DNA of 64,000 nt from Nitrospirota bacterium. Lineage in GTDB: Bacteria > Nitrospirota > Thermodesulfovibrionia > Thermodesulfovibrionales > JdFR-88. Below, piece after piece: positions 1 through 8,290 of the stretch. The notes below the pieces were generated by a model. The model did not search any database and was not told the DNA's origin. It worked only from the letters and a program-made list of their open reading frames with translations. Location of the stretch: NCBI GenBank assembly GCA_021813405.1, contig JAKAKS010000008.1, forward strand, positions 62,771 through 126,770, in the 5' to 3' direction. The position numbers were made by a program, and so were the translations under genes. Numbering within the stretch: the stretch's first letter is position 1; each line of letters starts with the position of its first letter.

Positions 1-660
1 GCGCAATACGCCCGCAGCAAAAACGCTGTAACCATAATAGACAACACATTTGCCACTCCGGTAAACCAGAACCCCTTGAAGCTGGGCGTGGATGTGGTTG
101 TGCACAGCGGCACAAAGTATTTTGGAGGGCATAGCGACCTGTGCTGCGGCGTTGCGGTTGCCGGAAAAGAAAACGCCCGGCGCATACGCTCTGAAGCAAG
201 GCACCTGGGCGGCAGCGTGAACGCGCTTACGTGCCACCTTATTGAAAGGAGCCTGAAAACGCTTGCCCTGAGGGTGGAACGCCAGTCTGAAAACGCGCTG
301 CGGATTGCGCAATTCCTGGAAAAGCACCCGAAGGTCAGGAAGGTGTACTATCCCGGACTTCCCAGTTCGCCCTATTACGGTTTGGCCAGGGCCCAGATGG
401 AGGGTTTTGGCGCGATGGTTTCGTTTGAGCCTGATATGGATGCGGAACGGTTTACAAGGAACCTGCGCATTATAAAACCGGCGGTAAGCCTTGGCGGCGT
501 GGAATCCACCATATGCCCGCCCGCGGCCACATCGCACGCCGGGGTCCCCGCGGCTGACAGAAAAAGGCTTGGCATAACAGACGCACTGCTCAGATTGTCC
601 GTGGGAATAGAGCACTGCGAGGACCTGATTGCGGATATCGGCGGTGCGCTGGAATTGTAA
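1..660 (+). CDS. Cys/Met-metabolism PLP-dependent enzyme (cystathionine gamma-synthase/beta-lyase family), C-terminal part; the gene starts upstream of the window
   Basis: Frame 1 is open from base 1 (AQYARSKNAVTIIDNTFATP...). PLP-lysine region HSGTKYFGGHSD. Family-typical C-terminus LRLSVGIE. Confidence 0.85.
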   Translation, partial: AQYARSKNAVTIIDNTFATPVNQNPLKLGVDVVVHSGTKYFGGHSDLCCGVAVAGKENARRIRSEARHLGGSVNALTCHLIERSLKTLALRVERQSENALRIAQFLEKHPKVRKVYYPGLPSSPYYGLARAQMEGFGAMVSFEPDMDAERFTRNLRIIKPAVSLGGVESTICPPAATSHAGVPAADRKRLGITDALLRLSVGIEHCEDLIADIGGALEL

Positions 661-682
661 TATGTTAAACTTGCATCTTGCT

Positions 683-710
683 TTGCAGTGTCATTTGGCA
701 TTAGTATAAT
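683..710 (+). promoter_or_regulatory. Putative sigma70-type promoter TTGCAG-N16-TATAAT
   Basis: TTGCAG at 683-688 and TATAAT at 705-710, about 60 nt upstream of the 773 start codon. Confidence 0.4.
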
Positions 711-727
711 AGGCTGAATAAAAAACG

Positions 728-743
728 TGTGCCATATGGCACA
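728..743. promoter_or_regulatory. Perfect 16-bp palindrome TGTGCCATATGGCACA; candidate operator for the adjacent Xre-like protein
   Basis: Read directly from the sequence. It lies between the putative -10 box and the RBS (GGAAAGGAG) of the HTH gene. Confidence 0.5.
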
Positions 744-772
744 AATACAAGAACGTAAGGAAAGGAGACGCA

Positions 773-1201
773 ATGAGCGCCGCTTCCGTCAATAAAGTGC
801 TTCTGGAGACAATGGGGCTGAAAGACTCCGATTTGAAAAAGCAGAAAGCCAGGGGGATGCTGGCCTTCGACGCCATTATAAGAAAAGGCATTCCGTGCAT
901 GAAGCTTCAGTCCCTTAAAGAGGCCCTGGCCCTTACGGACAGCCAGGTGGCCGATTGCCTTGGCATAAGCCTCAGGACATTCCAGAGGAAGCGGGACGCG
1001 CGCGAAAAGCTCTCCGTTCACGAAGGCGACAGGTTCTTCCGTGCTGCCAGGCTTTTTGCTATTGCCGCGTCGGCCCTTGGCAGCCGCGACAAGGCGCGGG
1101 AATGGCTCTGGAAATCCCAGAAGGCATTGGCAGACAGGGCGCCTATCGAGGCAATGCAAACGGAGGCCGGCGCCAGAGAGATAGAGGCCCGGTTTAAATA
1201 A
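773..1201 (+). CDS. Xre-family HTH protein with a DUF2384 (MbcA/ParS-type antitoxin) C-terminal domain
   Basis: 142 aa. HTH-like segment LTDSQVADCLGISLRTFQRKR. C-terminal RFFRAARLFAIAASALGSRDKAREWLWKSQKALADRAPIEAMQTEAG fits the DUF2384 pattern. The stop overlaps the next ATG (TAATG). Confidence 0.7.
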   Translation: MSAASVNKVLLETMGLKDSDLKKQKARGMLAFDAIIRKGIPCMKLQSLKEALALTDSQVADCLGISLRTFQRKRDAREKLSVHEGDRFFRAARLFAIAASALGSRDKAREWLWKSQKALADRAPIEAMQTEAGAREIEARFK

Positions 1202-2538
1202 TGCGCACCGTGGACATCATAAGGAAGAAGCGGGACGGCGGCTGCCTTGCGCCTGAAGAGATATCGTCTTTAATTCAGGGGTACAGCGCAGGCGCGGTGC
1301 CCGATTACCAGATGGCTTCCTTTTTGATGGCCGTTTATAACAATGGCATGCGCGATGATGAAACCATGGCCCTTACCCAGGCCATGCTCAACTCCGGCTC
1401 CAGGCTGGACCTGAGCGGCGTCACCGGCATTAAAATAGACAAGCACTCCACCGGCGGCGTGGGCGATAAAACCAGCATCATCCTGGCTCCTCTCATGGCG
1501 GCTATGGGGCTTAAGGTGCCCATGATAGCCGGGCGCGGGCTGGGCCATACCGGCGGAACCATAGACAAGCTTGCCTCCATTCCCGGTTTAAGCACGGAGG
1601 CCGGCCCGGAAGATATTCGGGAACGGCTTAAAACAGTGGGCTGCTCGATCAGCCGGCAAAGCGGCGCGATAGCCCCCGCGGACAAAAAGATATACGCCCT
1701 GCGGGACGCCACCGCAACTGTGGAGTCCATCCCGCTTATAGCGGCAAGCATCATGTCGAAAAAACTTGCCGAGTCTCTTGACGCCCTTCTTCTGGACGTG
1801 AAGACCGGCTCCGGCGCGCTGACAAAGGACATTGAAGGCGCCAGAAAACTTGCCCGGCTTATGGTGGACATCGGCAACTCCATGGGTGTAAAGACCGCGG
1901 CCGTTATAACCGATATGGACGCGCCGCTCGGGCGCGCCGTGGGCAACAGCCTGGAGGTAAAGGAATGCGTATCCGCCCTTAAAGGCAAGGCCGCGCCGGA
2001 CCTGATGGAAGTCACGCTTGTGCTTGCCGCATGGGCGCTGCACCTGGCCGATTCTGTAAGCGAAGAGGTGCCGGTGAGGACAATGGCCGGTCCCGTTGTG
2101 GCCGGTTATAAAAACGAGGTATTCGATTACCTTGAGCACGCCGACGCATTCAAGAAGTTCGCCGAGTTTGTGGATGCCCAGGGTGGAGACCCGGAGGCCG
2201 CTTTCAAGCTGTCGATGCTGCCCGCGGCAAAGGAAATCAAGACGGTAGAGTCCCCGTGGGAAGGATATATAAGAAAACTGGACGCCTTTGCCGTTGGCCA
2301 TGCCGCGGCGCTCCTTGGCGGCGGACGGGACAGGATGGAGGATGATGTTGACCTGTCGGCCGGTATCCTGATAAACAAGAAACCCGGGGACAAGGTGGCC
2401 AAAGGGGAGCTGCTTGCCACGCTGCATACCAATGACACCGCCCGGCTAAAGGAGGCCGGCGAGGTCTATCTTTCCGGGATTGAGATAACGGAGCGCGACC
2501 TGCCTGCCAGGAAACTTATTCTGGACGTAGTGGTCTGA
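1201..2538 (+). CDS. deoA: Thymidine / pyrimidine-nucleoside phosphorylase
   Basis: 445 aa. Family motifs KIDKHSTGGVGDK and GRGLGHTGGTIDKL. Typical length. Confidence 0.9.
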   Translation: MRTVDIIRKKRDGGCLAPEEISSLIQGYSAGAVPDYQMASFLMAVYNNGMRDDETMALTQAMLNSGSRLDLSGVTGIKIDKHSTGGVGDKTSIILAPLMAAMGLKVPMIAGRGLGHTGGTIDKLASIPGLSTEAGPEDIRERLKTVGCSISRQSGAIAPADKKIYALRDATATVESIPLIAASIMSKKLAESLDALLLDVKTGSGALTKDIEGARKLARLMVDIGNSMGVKTAAVITDMDAPLGRAVGNSLEVKECVSALKGKAAPDLMEVTLVLAAWALHLADSVSEEVPVRTMAGPVVAGYKNEVFDYLEHADAFKKFAEFVDAQGGDPEAAFKLSMLPAAKEIKTVESPWEGYIRKLDAFAVGHAAALLGGGRDRMEDDVDLSAGILINKKPGDKVAKGELLATLHTNDTARLKEAGEVYLSGIEITERDLPARKLILDVVV

Positions 2539-2665
2539 TTCAAAGCCTGTCCTGTAATTTCCATTTGACTTTTTCCGTGGAAGTGCAAAAATCTTCATAT
2601 ACGGTTTGAGCACGTAAAAAATGCCTTCCTCTTGCTAACTGAAAGCCGGTCAAAAGGAGAATGCC

Positions 2666-3124
2666 ATGGGTAAAAACAGGATTTCATGGTTGATGGCTGT
2701 CATTTTAGTGCTTTTCGCTGCTACCGTGGCGCAGGCCGCCTGGAGGGGCGGCATGGGCAGCGGCGGATGGGGTATGGGGTCGGCTTACCAGAGGATGTAC
2801 AATCCGCAGACCATTGAAACGGTTTCCGGTGTTGTGGAATCCGTGGAGAAATTCAAACCGATGAGAGGGATGTATTCCGGGATACACCTTATGGTCAAAA
2901 CGGAAAAGGGAGTTGTCCCGGTGCACCTTGGGCCGGACTGGTACATTGACAGGCAGGATGTAAAGTTTAAAAAGGGAGACAAGGTGGACGTTACGGGCTC
3001 AAAAATTACGTTTGATGGAAAGCCCGCAATCATCGCGCAGCAGATAAAAAAGGACGGCGGCACGCTTGTGCTAAGAAACAGCGCAGGCATACCGGAATGG
3101 GCAGGATGGCGCAGAGGCAGATGA
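2666..3124 (+). CDS. Secreted protein of unknown function (beta-rich, OB-fold-like C-terminal domain)
   Basis: 152 aa. Signal peptide ...LVLFAATVAQA, Gly/Trp-rich linker, AAGGAG RBS upstream. Confidence 0.6.
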   Translation: MGKNRISWLMAVILVLFAATVAQAAWRGGMGSGGWGMGSAYQRMYNPQTIETVSGVVESVEKFKPMRGMYSGIHLMVKTEKGVVPVHLGPDWYIDRQDVKFKKGDKVDVTGSKITFDGKPAIIAQQIKKDGGTLVLRNSAGIPEWAGWRRGR

Positions 3125-3150
3125 AAGGTCAAAAATTCATCTAAATCAGA

Positions 3151-3381
3151 CCGGTTAGCCGTTACCGCGGCATTTGCCGATATGCCTTTAAGCTCTCATC
3201 TTGGTTTTTTCTTTTTCCGAGGGCGGTGTTCGTCTGCGTTATGGCGCGGTCTTTTCCACCAGATCCACCGTGGTACCATGCGCGGCTCACATGAATACGG
3301 CAAACGGCCATCGCCGCTTGACTGCCGGCAGGTCCGCCGCGCCAATTCGCTCACAACCCGCCACGCTTTGCCCGGTACGTC
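3151..3381 (-). repeat. R1 interspersed structured element, copy A (candidate ncRNA)
   Basis: On the minus strand it contains GTGAGCGAA, CCGTATTCATGTGAGCCGCGC (3280-3300, identical to 58243-58263) and TAACGCAGACGAACACCGCCC (3221-3241), followed by TCGGAAAAAG. Only weak ORFs overlap it. Confidence 0.6.
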
Positions 3382-3566
3382 AAATGCAACATCAAAAAAT
3401 CTCTGTGAATAATTCGGGAGATGTCCCCAGATTATGCTGAGGCGCGCCCCTAACAGAGTCGAACACTGCCCCGCGAAAAAGTAAAACCCGGCTATTTTAA
3501 GATTCAGGTATATCGGCGAACGCCGCAAATAAACTTGCCCTATAGGAAACCAGCAGAGCCAAAAAT
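3325..3566 (+). repeat. R1 element, diverged copy F, head-to-head with and overlapping copy A
   Basis: GGTCCGCCGCGCCA (compare AGTCCGCCGCGCCA at 58161). TAACAGAGTCGAACACTGCC at 3451-3470, followed by CCGCGAAAAAGTAAAACCCGG (compare copy B). 3' ATATCGGCGAACGCCGC...CAGCAGAGCCAAAAA. Confidence 0.45.
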
Positions 3567-3642
3567 TACAAATGTGAAACGTATCTGTCTTTTTAGCTAA
3601 TTCCGCGCTATATGCAACATCGAAAAACTCTATTGTGTTAAT

Positions 3643-4089
3643 ATGATTGCGTTGTACAATAAAAACTCAGGGAGGGGAGAAGTGAAACTGTTTTTTTCTG
3701 CAACTTCAATTTTATTATGCCTTTCTTTAGTGAGCTGCGCCTCGATCATACACGGAACATCTCAGGATGTAGGTTTTTCAAGTACGCCGCCTGGGGCTTT
3801 TGTCACTGTCGACAATCATCCCGAATGTACAACTCCATGTGTAGCCCACCTCAAGCGAAGGGATAACCATGTAGTTAAAATGGATCTCAATGGGTATCAA
3901 ACATTTAGTGCTACGCTTACGAGAGAGGCATCCGGTTGGGTATGGGGAAATATAGTATTTGGCGGCCTTGTAGGTCTTGTAGTGGATGCCGTAGATGGCG
4001 GTTTTTATAACCTTACTCCAAAACACGTTACGGCCACATTAGTTGCTAAGCCTACAACGACAGCTCTAACGAATAGCACTGGGAAATAG
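3643..4089 (+). CDS. PEGA-domain lipoprotein
   Basis: Lipobox LSLVSC. PEGA-like core PPGAFVTVDN...NGYQTFSATL. Gly-rich hydrophobic C-terminus. The real start is probably GTG 3682, behind GGAGGGGAG. Confidence 0.7.
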   Translation: MIALYNKNSGRGEVKLFFSATSILLCLSLVSCASIIHGTSQDVGFSSTPPGAFVTVDNHPECTTPCVAHLKRRDNHVVKMDLNGYQTFSATLTREASGWVWGNIVFGGLVGLVVDAVDGGFYNLTPKHVTATLVAKPTTTALTNSTGK

Positions 4090-4128
4090 GCGCTTCTTTA
4101 AGATTAAACATCTTTTTATAATAAATCC

Positions 4129-4154
4129 AGGGCGGGGTTCTCCCGCCCTTTTTA
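4129..4154 (+). terminator. Rho-independent terminator
   Basis: AGGGCGGGG-TTCT-CCCGCCCT followed by a T run, 40 nt after the stop at 4089. Confidence 0.75.
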
Positions 4155-4198
4155 CTTCACTTACGCCCCCCGGATTACACCCAACACCCCTCAATACC

Positions 4199-4570
4199 CA
4201 TGACACAAACTTAATGACATATGTCATATTGACGATGTCATGGCCTGCCGGGGTAAGATGGCGCTGGCAGAGGGGCTTGCCCGTTCCTGCTCTTTGAAAA
4301 AATGCCGTAAAATGACCGGCAAGCCGGAGAATAACCGCTAAAACGTTAATGTGACGCGGAGAGGTCCAAATCTCAAAAAAATCTCAAAAAATACGGCCAG
4401 TTACGTCTGGAACAGGCTTTTTGGGGCGAAAAATCAAAAACTTTTAAAATCGGGCAGTCAGGCGGAATTGACAACGGAAAAGATGGAACAAATGGAACAA
4501 AAATTTGGCCTTAAGCGGGCCGGAAATAAACGGAAATCCCGAAATTGCCGGAACATATAAAAAGAAAAGG
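4199..4570 (+). repeat. R2 element copy 1 (nested palindrome, GGA/GGAAC direct repeats, A-rich tail)
   Basis: CATGACACAAACT (4199-4211), TGGAACAAAAATTT (4493-4506) and GGAACATATAAAAAGAAAAGG (4550-4570) are each identical to blocks at 60618-60630, 60997-61010 and 61053-61073. Confidence 0.6.
4200..4243. promoter_or_regulatory. PAL motif: ATGACA-N8-ATGACATATGTCAT-N8-TGTCAT
   Basis: Central perfect 14-bp palindrome ATGACATATGTCAT at 4214-4227, with outer ATGACA/TGTCAT half-sites. Related sites at 16667, 30112 and 60611. Confidence 0.55.
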
Positions 4571-4585
4571 CTTGGCGGGGGCTTT

Positions 4586-5395
4586 CTACGGCTTATATCC
4601 AGCGATGATAATCCCGGCCTGGTCGGCCAGCCGCACGCACGCGGTTTTGTCCATGAATATGGTTGCGCCGGCCTCCACTGCAAGCACAGATGCGTTGGCG
4701 GCCAGCATTGATTCTATGGTTGCGGGGCCTATTGCGGGCACGTCGAACCTGGGGTCCTGCTCCGGTTTTGCAACCTTCACCACAACGGCCCCTTTCATGG
4801 CAAGCCCGCCGCCGCGCTCTATTGCCTTGTCCGTGCCCTCTATGGCCTCCACAGCCATTACCGCGCGGTTTTTAACAACAACCGTCTGGCCGATATCAAG
4901 CCGCCCCATCTCCTTGGCCACTTCAAACCCGAACTCGATGTCCTTCCATTGGGCGGACGATGGTTTCTTTTTTGTGTAAACCCCTTCTTTGGCAAGCAGG
5001 CCGGGGCAGAAGGCGGCGGTATTCAGAAGCGTTATGCCGTCCTTTTCCAGTTCCCTTGTTATGGCCAGCATTATAGTGTCGTCCTTGCGGTCTTTGAGTG
5101 TAAGCAGCAGTTTTATGGCGCGGGCGTCAGGCGTTATCCGGTTTTTATAGAGGAGCTGTTTTGATACCTTGCCGGCAAACACGGCCTCTTTTACGCCGTG
5201 CTTTTTAAGGGCCGCTATCATCCTGCCCAGCTTGCCCACATTCACGCGCTCCACGGCGTGCGCGGCGGAGAGGGATTCCGGGTCCGCCACGGGGTCCAGG
5301 GCCACGGCCACCACCTGCACGCCGTTTTTGGCGGCCTCTTCAACGATGGCGCGGGGCAGATCGCCCTTGCCGGCGATAAGCCCTAGCGTTCTCAT
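4586..5395 (-). CDS. lpxI: UDP-2,3-diacylglucosamine pyrophosphatase LpxI (DUF1009)
   Basis: 269 aa. N-terminus LGLIAGKGDLP. Directly downstream of lpxA in the lpxD-fabZ-lpxA cluster. Confidence 0.8.
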   Translation of the reverse strand: MRTLGLIAGKGDLPRAIVEEAAKNGVQVVAVALDPVADPESLSAAHAVERVNVGKLGRMIAALKKHGVKEAVFAGKVSKQLLYKNRITPDARAIKLLLTLKDRKDDTIMLAITRELEKDGITLLNTAAFCPGLLAKEGVYTKKKPSSAQWKDIEFGFEVAKEMGRLDIGQTVVVKNRAVMAVEAIEGTDKAIERGGGLAMKGAVVVKVAKPEQDPRFDVPAIGPATIESMLAANASVLAVEAGATIFMDKTACVRLADQAGIIIAGYKP

Positions 5396-6217
5396 TTAAA
5401 AAGGCAGGGCGGTCTTTGAGGCCGACGGCCGGCAGATGCCCCGCTTAGAGCTCAATACAAATTCAACCAGGGTCTCTATCTCGGCGGAACGGGGCAGGTC
5501 CTCCCGGATTTTTTTGACCGCCTCCTTCAGCGTGTGCTTGCTCCTGAAGAGGATTTTGTAGGCCCTGGTAAGCTCGTTTATCGTCTCTCTGGAAAAGCCG
5601 TGCCTCCTTAGCCCCACAAGATTGAGGCCGTAGAGTTTTGCCCTGGGGCCTGAGGCCATTGTGTAAGGAGGTATGTCCTGCCCGATGCCGCTGAAACCGC
5701 CGGTCATCGAGTAAGAGCCTATGCGGGTAAACTGGTGCACGGCCACAACCCCGCCTATTATCGCATGGTCCTGCACCTCCACGTGCCCGCCAAGGGTGGC
5801 AGCGTTTGTGATGATCACATTGTTTCCTATTACGTTATCGTGCGCAACATGGGCGTAAGCCATGATGAAATTATTATCGCCAAGCACTGTCCGGCCGCCG
5901 CCGCCCACCGAGCCACGGTGAATGGACACATACTCGCGGATCACGTTATTGGCCCCAATTGTTACCCCGGTTCTTTCGCCCCTGTACTTCAGGTCCTGCG
6001 GGGGCAGCCCTATGCCCGCAAAGGGATGGATTACGCAGTTGGGGCCGATTACCGTATCGCCTTCCACTATTACGTTGTTTGCCAGCTTGCAGCCTGGCCC
6101 GATTTTAACGCCTTCCCCGATTATGCAGAAGGGGCCTATTGAGACGTTTTCTGAAATGGAGGCGGATTTATGCACTATCGCAGACGGATGCACCGATGTC
6201 TTTTGTTGTTTGGCCAT
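5396..6217 (-). CDS. lpxA: Acyl-ACP--UDP-N-acetylglucosamine O-acyltransferase
   Basis: 273 aa left-handed beta-helix hexapeptide repeats. Synteny after fabZ. Confidence 0.9.
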   Translation of the reverse strand: MAKQQKTSVHPSAIVHKSASISENVSIGPFCIIGEGVKIGPGCKLANNVIVEGDTVIGPNCVIHPFAGIGLPPQDLKYRGERTGVTIGANNVIREYVSIHRGSVGGGGRTVLGDNNFIMAYAHVAHDNVIGNNVIITNAATLGGHVEVQDHAIIGGVVAVHQFTRIGSYSMTGGFSGIGQDIPPYTMASGPRAKLYGLNLVGLRRHGFSRETINELTRAYKILFRSKHTLKEAVKKIREDLPRSAEIETLVEFVLSSKRGICRPSASKTALPF

Positions 6218-6218
6218 T

Positions 6219-6650
6219 TCAGATGTCCTTCCCGCTTACCATCGCGGTGAATTCGGCTTCCGAGACAACTTTGCCGTCCACCAGCGCCTGGCCGGAGAAC
6301 TTCCAAACGTTTCCACGCTGCTGGACCACCTTCACCTCCAGCCGTATCTGGTCGCCGGGGGTAACAGGCTTTCTGAACTTGGCCTTTTCTATGCTCATGA
6401 AATATACCGCCTTGCCCTGCCTGCCCGATTTAAACGCCAGCACTCCAGCGGTCTGGGCCAGCGCCTCAATTATCAGCACCCCCGGCATAATCGGGTTCCC
6501 GGGGAAATGGCCGGTGTAAAAGTGCTCGTTTATGGTGGAGTTTTTAATGCCTACCGCGCTTACATTCTGCTCCAGTTCCACTATCCTGTCCACCAGCAAA
6601 AAAGGGGGCCTGTGGGGCAGGATGCTTTGAATCTCCTTGATATCGATCAT
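6219..6650 (-). CDS. fabZ: 3-hydroxyacyl-ACP dehydratase FabZ
   Basis: 143 aa. LPHRPPFLLVDR and GHFPGNPIMPGVL motifs. Confidence 0.95.
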   Translation of the reverse strand: MIDIKEIQSILPHRPPFLLVDRIVELEQNVSAVGIKNSTINEHFYTGHFPGNPIMPGVLIIEALAQTAGVLAFKSGRQGKAVYFMSIEKAKFRKPVTPGDQIRLEVKVVQQRGNVWKFSGQALVDGKVVSEAEFTAMVSGKDI

Positions 6651-7681
6651 TGATGTCCCTCCTTTTCAAGCTCAAGCAGCTTTTTTTCCAGCGCGGACAC
6701 TTTTTTGGACAACTCCGGCAACTTTGCCAGCACCGCCATGGATTTAAGCCATTCCCTGTGCGGCTGCACCGGGCTGCCCGCGTACGCGCCTTTTTTAAGC
6801 TCCGCGCCCGGCATCACCCCGGCATTTGCGCCCAGAATTGAGCCGGCCTCTATTTTTACGTGGTCTGCAATTCCGGCCTGGCCTGCCACAACCACGTAAT
6901 CTCCCAGCGCGGAACTGCCCGCAATGCCCGCCTGGGCCACAACAAGCGCCCCTCGTCCTATCTTGACGTTATGCGCTACCTGCACAAGGTTGTCTATCTT
7001 GGTCCCGCCGCCTATCTCGGTTTGTCCCGTAGTTGCGCGGTCTATCGTTACGCAAGCCCCTATTTCAACATCGTCTCCGATTGTCACGCCGCCGATATGG
7101 GGTATTTTCACATGGCGGCCTTCGCGCACCGTGTAACCGAAACCGTCGGAGCCAACCACCGTACCGGCATGGATTATCACTCGGTTTCCGATGCTCACGC
7201 CCTCGCGGATGGTTACATTGGGGTAGATTATACAATCCTCGCCTATACTGGAGCCTTTCCCAATGAACACCCCCGGATAAAGCACGCTGCCCCTGCCCAC
7301 CGTAGCCCCTTCCTCCACATAGCAGAGTGGGTAAAGAGATGCCTCCGCGGATACGCCAGTGCCTTCCTTTACAACGGCCCCTTGCGATATGCCCCTGGGG
7401 TGATTGAGCGGCTTTTGAAAGGCGGCCAGAAGCTTGATAAAACCCAGCTGCGGGTCGTCCACTTCCAGCTGGAATATTTGCGCCCCGGGCGTGAACGCAT
7501 CGGGGGAAACGATTATGCAGGAGGCTCTGGTTTCCGGCAGCGCCTCCCTGGAAGATTTTTTACTTAGGAAGGTTATGTCGCCTGGCGCGGCCGTATCCAG
7601 ACCGGAAACGCCCGTTATCTGGCATTCCGGGTCCCCGGCCAGCCTGCCCCCAAGCAAGGCGGCGATTTCACCCAGTTTCAT
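6647..7681 (-). CDS. lpxD: UDP-3-O-acylglucosamine N-acyltransferase
   Basis: 344 aa. LpxD N-terminal domain plus hexapeptide repeats. 4-nt overlap with fabZ. Confidence 0.9.
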   Translation of the reverse strand: MKLGEIAALLGGRLAGDPECQITGVSGLDTAAPGDITFLSKKSSREALPETRASCIIVSPDAFTPGAQIFQLEVDDPQLGFIKLLAAFQKPLNHPRGISQGAVVKEGTGVSAEASLYPLCYVEEGATVGRGSVLYPGVFIGKGSSIGEDCIIYPNVTIREGVSIGNRVIIHAGTVVGSDGFGYTVREGRHVKIPHIGGVTIGDDVEIGACVTIDRATTGQTEIGGGTKIDNLVQVAHNVKIGRGALVVAQAGIAGSSALGDYVVVAGQAGIADHVKIEAGSILGANAGVMPGAELKKGAYAGSPVQPHREWLKSMAVLAKLPELSKKVSALEKKLLELEKEGHQ

Positions 7682-7690
7682 CCGGATTTC

Positions 7691-8239
7691 TTACTGGCCC
7701 TTGCTCCCGGCGGAGGTTGCCAGCATGTCGTTATATTTCTCTATTACCTCTTTTGTGAGGTCCGTGGCGCCGTTGGCGTAGAGCACCGAGTCCGCCGGCA
7801 GGATGAGATTGTAATTCTCCTTCTTCCCGATGGCGTCTATCACCTTCTTGAGGCCTTCTACTATCACGATCTCTTTCTCCTGCTGCTTCTTCTGTATGTC
7901 CTGGACGGCGTCATTGTTGATCCTTTCGGCGTCCCTGTTAAGCTTTTCTATCTGGTCCTGCTTCTCTCTTACCGCATCGGAAGACAGCACCAGGCTCTGC
8001 CTGTCCAGGTCCGCCTTCAGCGCGTCCCTTTCGTCTATTTTTTTTGCTATGCGGGCCTGGTATTTTTTCTGTATCACTTCCAGGTCCCTCTTGGCCTGCT
8101 TGCCTGCATCGGACTCGTTTATGGCCTTTTGATAATCCACGTAGCCTACCTTCAACTCCGCCGCTGCGGCATGGCCGGCAAACACCGTCTGTCCGGCCGT
8201 GAGGGCCAATGCAAATATCATAGTCAGAATGGTTTTCAT
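7691..8239 (-). CDS. skp: Periplasmic chaperone Skp/OmpH
   Basis: 182 aa. Signal peptide, charged coiled-coil region. Located between bamA and lpxD. Confidence 0.85.
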   Translation of the reverse strand: MKTILTMIFALALTAGQTVFAGHAAAAELKVGYVDYQKAINESDAGKQAKRDLEVIQKKYQARIAKKIDERDALKADLDRQSLVLSSDAVREKQDQIEKLNRDAERINNDAVQDIQKKQQEKEIVIVEGLKKVIDAIGKKENYNLILPADSVLYANGATDLTKEVIEKYNDMLATSAGSKGQ

Positions 8240-8290
8240 CTTTCCTCCAGTATGGTATTCATGCCGGTGAGGGCGGGCATTCAGACCCGC

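Noticed and set aside
4265-4280. A sigma54-like promoter, TGGCAG-N6-TTGCC, inside R2 copy 1.
   Set aside because: The GG-to-GC spacing is one nucleotide longer than the canonical -24/-12 spacing, and the motif is not conserved in the other R2 copies.
4483-4560. A conserved small basic peptide, MEQMEQKFGLKRAGNKRKSRNCRNI, compared with MEQMEQVEQKFRPKLLKIKRNTKKAGTYKKKRGKSR at 60978-61088.
   Set aside because: The shared 21-nt tail GGAACATATAAAAAGAAAAGG is read in different frames in the two copies, and no convincing Shine-Dalgarno precedes either ATG. Conservation is therefore at the nucleotide level, not the protein level.
8245-8290. A hairpin (GGGCGGG-N8-CCCGCC) between bamA and skp, as a terminator.
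   Set aside because: There is no T run and it lies inside an obvious operon. It is more likely an intercistronic stabilising structure or has no function.
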